From the NCBI GenBank assembly GCA_963842085.1, contig CAWJET010000001.1, positions 1,184,001-1,248,000 of the forward strand: a stretch of DNA of 64,000 bases. The letters run 5' to 3'. This document shows, piece after piece, positions 60,904 to 64,000 of the stretch. Every line of letters begins with the position of its first letter. The first letter of the stretch is position 1. Position numbers and translations under genes: made by a program. The DNA is from an uncultured delta proteobacterium. Lineage in GTDB: Bacteria; Desulfobacterota; Binatia; Binatales; Binataceae. Below the pieces are notes generated by a model. It had not been told where the DNA came from. It ran no database searches and was given only the letters and a program-made list of their open reading frames with translations.

Positions 60904-61688
60904 GGCTTCGACTCCTTACCCGTCAGAAACTCAATGCGCTTGAAGTCCTTGGGCACATCTGCCCGAAAACGGCTCGCCGATATTTTTTTTGGAAATTTCC
61001 AATCTGAAAGGAGTGCAATGTACTCAGGCGATCCCGGCAAGCTCCTGTAGTTAATCACGACCTTGCGAGGGATTGGCTTTCCCGAGCGATCGAGCCAGAG
61101 TTGAAAATCGGCTTTTGGCGATGAAAGAGCGATGTGATCACATTCTATTCCATTGACGTCTCCTATTCCGACGTATCCGCCATAGGTGGTTTCCTTGCGA
61201 AGCAACTTGCATGTATCGCTCGCGGCGAGGTCGGACAGAGGAATCGTGAGGTTGTTCATCTCCGCTACCCGATCCAGCATTCCATCGATGACTGAAGGCA
61301 CCGCAAGGGTCGTATAGACCATGCGCGAGGGGTCGAGGATGGTTAAAGTGCCGTCGCTGTACCAAAGCTCCTTGGCGCCCAGGTCGCTCTGGTAATCGAC
61401 GGCGAGCTCGTCCGGCCGTTGAACGGCGAAGTCCATGGCGCCTGCGAACTGAACCTTCACGTTGGGAGGCAGAACCTGATCGAACATGATTTCGGCGTGG
61501 AAGCTGAACGCGTCAGCCGAACTCAGCGCCTGGCATGCCTTGGTCAACAGCTTGTCCGCGTATGGTGCAATGCCACTCGGCCGGGCGCTGGATGTCGACG
61601 TCGGTTCGGCGGCGAATGTCACACAATAAGCGCCGAGCATCGCGGCAATCAAAAACCCGAGGTTGACGATAAATACTTTGCTACGCAT
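60900..61688 (-). CDS. DUF2092 family periplasmic protein
   Basis: VQRPDEL, IPLSDL, CDHIA, DFQLWL..PIPRKVVI. Confidence 0.8.
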   Translation of the reverse strand: MRSKVFIVNLGFLIAAMLGAYCVTFAAEPTSTSSARPSGIAPYADKLLTKACQALSSADAFSFHAEIMFDQVLPPNVKVQFAGAMDFAVQRPDELAVDYQSDLGAKELWYSDGTLTILDPSRMVYTTLAVPSVIDGMLDRVAEMNNLTIPLSDLAASDTCKLLRKETTYGGYVGIGDVNGIECDHIALSSPKADFQLWLDRSGKPIPRKVVINYRSLPGSPEYIALLSDWKFPKKISASRFRADVPKDFKRIEFLTGKESKP

Positions 61689-61766
61689 GTTCGCCTCTTA
61701 CCTGGATCTGATTTCTGTTTCCTATGCTATCTGGAACAACTGTCGCAAATTACACAACCAAGAGAT

Positions 61767-61784
61767 ATTGGACTTTGGTCCAAC
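61767..61784. promoter_or_regulatory. TGGAC-box locus 6
   Basis: ATTGGACTTTGGTCCAAC upstream of DUF2092. Confidence 0.75.
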
Positions 61785-61975
61785 ACCTTATAGCTCTCAT
61801 AGGTCGCTGCGGAGGGGCAACGGCCGCCGTTCGGGCCAAAGCAGCCTCGCGTTGGCTGCCTAAAGACGATAGGTGGGCATGCAAGCACAGCGGCGGAAGC
61901 AGCCGTGGCAACGAACAGGAGAGCGGATATCTCCATCGTCTTTCTCGATAAGTGCGTTTCCCATTCAAAGCATTT

Positions 61976-62698
61976 TTAAGACGACCACCCCTGTCGATTG
62001 TAGTAGTTGACTACCTGCTGAACGATCTGATCGGTGGTCTTATCCACGAGATAACCGGTTGAAGAGGTAATGTTCTTGACGCCTCCGGCAGCGAGATTCA
62101 CCCCCAGCGACGCGGCCGCGGTGGCGCCGCCCGCAGCTGCTCCGGCTGGTCCGGTGATTCCTGCACCGGGCATGTATCCGCTGTTAGCGTTCGTAGCGAA
62201 GTCAATTATCTCGGTCGAGCCTTGATCGGTCTTTTGAATAACCTGAACTACTGTGTCGACTTTCGATGCGCCCGCGCCAAGGCCGATCACCATTCGACGT
62301 AGCCGGTTTCCTTGGCTGATGTCCGTGAACTGGCCATCCAATATGAGAACATTGTTGCCGGTCGGAGGCACACCCCGCTGCAGGCAGGTAGTATTGATAC
62401 CCTTTCCCGTCAGGTTCGCCGCGACCTGGACGCAGATATTATGTGCCGTCTGGCGGGCGATCTCTTGCTCTTGGGCAGTCTGGTTGTCATCCGTCATGTT
62501 TCGGTAGGCTACCTGGAAGATGCTGGAGTTGAGTGAGACATCCGAAACACTTACGGCGAATGGATAAACGACCACTGCGGAGGGTGGTGTGGCCGAGATC
62601 GGCGCTGCAGAACTCTCTTGTGTCACATGCGCACCCGCGCATCCGAACGTCGCCAAGGCTAACAGCACATATGTTCGACTAAGAATTTGAAACCTCAT
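61976..62698 (-). CDS. DUF4410-like lipoprotein
   Basis: TFGC lipobox; GQFTDISQGNRLRRMVIGLGAGAS, SGYMPG. Confidence 0.75.
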   Translation of the reverse strand: MRFQILSRTYVLLALATFGCAGAHVTQESSAAPISATPPSAVVVYPFAVSVSDVSLNSSIFQVAYRNMTDDNQTAQEQEIARQTAHNICVQVAANLTGKGINTTCLQRGVPPTGNNVLILDGQFTDISQGNRLRRMVIGLGAGASKVDTVVQVIQKTDQGSTEIIDFATNANSGYMPGAGITGPAGAAAGGATAAASLGVNLAAGGVKNITSSTGYLVDKTTDQIVQQVVNYYNRQGWSS

Positions 62699-62778
62699 GG
62701 TATTCCTCTTTTAAGCTGGAGTTGATTCCTTCTAGTCGTTTTCTTGTCCGAGTTTTGCATATTGAACTGGCTCTCCAC

Positions 62779-62812
62779 AATTGGACTTTGGTCCAATTGG
62801 TCCCTGGTCCTA
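62779..62812. promoter_or_regulatory. TGGAC-box locus 7 (perfect unit plus degenerate unit)
   Basis: AATTGGACTTTGGTCCAATTGGTCCCTGGTCCTA. Confidence 0.75.
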
Positions 62813-63008
62813 CTGGTGCCACGCTCACTTAGTCTGCTGCAGTGCCGGCGGCTTCTACGACCTGTCGAGCGCGGTCTTTTGAGGTCAATAGAAACGCATC
62901 ACCATTGAAATTCTCTTCTGAGCCATCGCCTTCATTCCACTAAAATGGAGACAGCTTGGGCCTGAATGTCAGGACCATCGCGTCAACTCAGGGCCAGTCG
63001 CGCCTCTG

Positions 63009-63332
63009 CTAATTGGCAAAGCCGCTCTGGACGAAGACGCTACCTTTCGGTCCGATTCGGACGCATTCGGCCTGGCCGTTATAGTCGGGACTGCAAATGG
63101 GCTTGTCGACGGACGGACACTTGTACAAACCCGTGTCGATCTGCTGGCACGTGTTGATATTGAAATGTAACTCGGTCTTCGCCAGTGAGGCTTGCTGAGC
63201 CGCCGATGGTTCAGACGACGAGCACCCGCCAAGCGCGAGCAGCCCAACAACCGCGATCGTTGAAATCGCACGCTTGGTAATTCTTCGACCGTTCGAGACT
63301 TGATTCCAATTTAGCACAATAGCACCTCCCAT
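63009..63332 (-). CDS. Small 4-Cys lipoprotein (paralog of 28239-28556)
   Basis: LGGC lipobox; LHFNINTCQQ..LYKCPSVDKPIC. Confidence 0.7.
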   Translation of the reverse strand: MGGAIVLNWNQVSNGRRITKRAISTIAVVGLLALGGCSSSEPSAAQQASLAKTELHFNINTCQQIDTGLYKCPSVDKPICSPDYNGQAECVRIGPKGSVFVQSGFAN

Positions 63333-63464
63333 CAGTTGATCTGTGTATCAGGACTGCGCGGCAGACTTTTCCTTCAGTTGTAGAATACGATTCCATATTT
63401 CCTGTGCCGGTAATCCATATCCTCTTCACTGTCCGAGTTTTTGGCAGATTGAACCGCGCAAAAC

Positions 63465-63504
63465 AATTGGACTTTGGTCCATTGGACCTTGGTCCTATTG
63501 GTCC
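63465..63504. promoter_or_regulatory. TGGAC-box locus 8, tandem units at 15-bp period
   Basis: AATTGGACTTTGGTCC ATTGGACCTTGGTCC TATTGGTCC. Confidence 0.75.
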
Positions 63505-63806
63505 CCGTATCTGTGATTCTCTCGGTCGTGTTCTTCTTGATCGCAGATATAGACACCCCACGTGAAGCTCGCTCAATCGCATTGGCAGCGAAAACACGGG
63601 GTAGGCCATTCCGGCTCCCATCGCCGCTCGCTTCTAATGTCCTTCTAACCAGATTGAATTTGACCATTTCCGGGGAAAGATAGTCGACCGGTTTGACTGA
63701 TGCGAATCGATTCGTAATGAAAAATGGAAAGTGGGTTGTAGAGAGGGAAAACCATTAGTCCGGTCCACCATTTGTCCCTCGCGCGCCTGTCTGCTAAATC
63801 ATGGGC

Positions 63807-64000
63807 ATGAACCCCCTCCACGCCACCGCGCTCGCGCTCGTGGGCTGGTATTTGATGGTGCCACCTCTCGAACGATTCCCTAATGGGTGGGAGGCTTTCG
63901 ACTTCAACGCACCGCTGAGTCAATGGGATCGCTGGGATTCCTATTATACTGCGCGCGAATGTTCGGATGTTGATCGGAATTTAATTGAGAGAAGCCAGAG
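63807..64000 (+). CDS. Hypothetical exported protein, runs off the window
   Basis: MNPLHATALALVGWYLMVPP...APLSQWDRWDSYYTAREC open to the end. Confidence 0.6.
   Translation, partial: MNPLHATALALVGWYLMVPPLERFPNGWEAFDFNAPLSQWDRWDSYYTARECSDVDRNLIERSQ

Larger units (their letters stand above)
25983..64000. mobile_element. Putative degraded genomic island downstream of tRNA-fMet (right boundary not seen)
   Basis: Visible drop in GC and codon bias after the tRNA; gene fragments, TA module and IS elements; no integrase in the window. Confidence 0.6.

Noticed and set aside
63474-63683. Intact membrane protein gene
   Set aside because: Only a short C-terminal-like fragment (FFLIADIDTPR) overlapping operator locus 8; at most a remnant

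Overview
High-GC bacterial chromosome window with two zones. The gene repertoire tentatively suggests Candidatus Binatota; this is inference only. Zone 1 (1-25.98 kb) is core or metabolic DNA: APC permease, SagB-type nitroreductase, cyclase, amidohydrolase, LLM oxidoreductase plus TetR, amidase, ViaA-like VWA protein, hrcA-grpE-dnaK-dnaJ, two Hsp20s, aroE, pyrE, type III PKS plus methyltransferase, thiolase/DUF35 pair, two TA loci, REP-like repeats and an initiator tRNA-Met. Zone 2 (25.98-64 kb) starts at the tRNA 3' end and looks like a decayed genomic island rich in exported, lipoprotein and outer-membrane genes. Two observations stand out. (a) An IS110 element sits exactly in the catalytic-Asp codons (SDNG|TE) of an IS3 transposase. 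Its right end contains a bilobed, bridge-RNA-like structure whose four putative guide segments can be matched by eye to the actual target and donor junction sequences. (b) The palindrome ATTGGAC-N4-GTCCAAT occurs at 8 intergenic loci of the island, several as 15-bp-period tandem arrays. It marks a probable regulon of mostly uncharacterised envelope proteins around a GAF-kinase/FixJ-type two-component system. All family calls come from motif recognition, not database searches.
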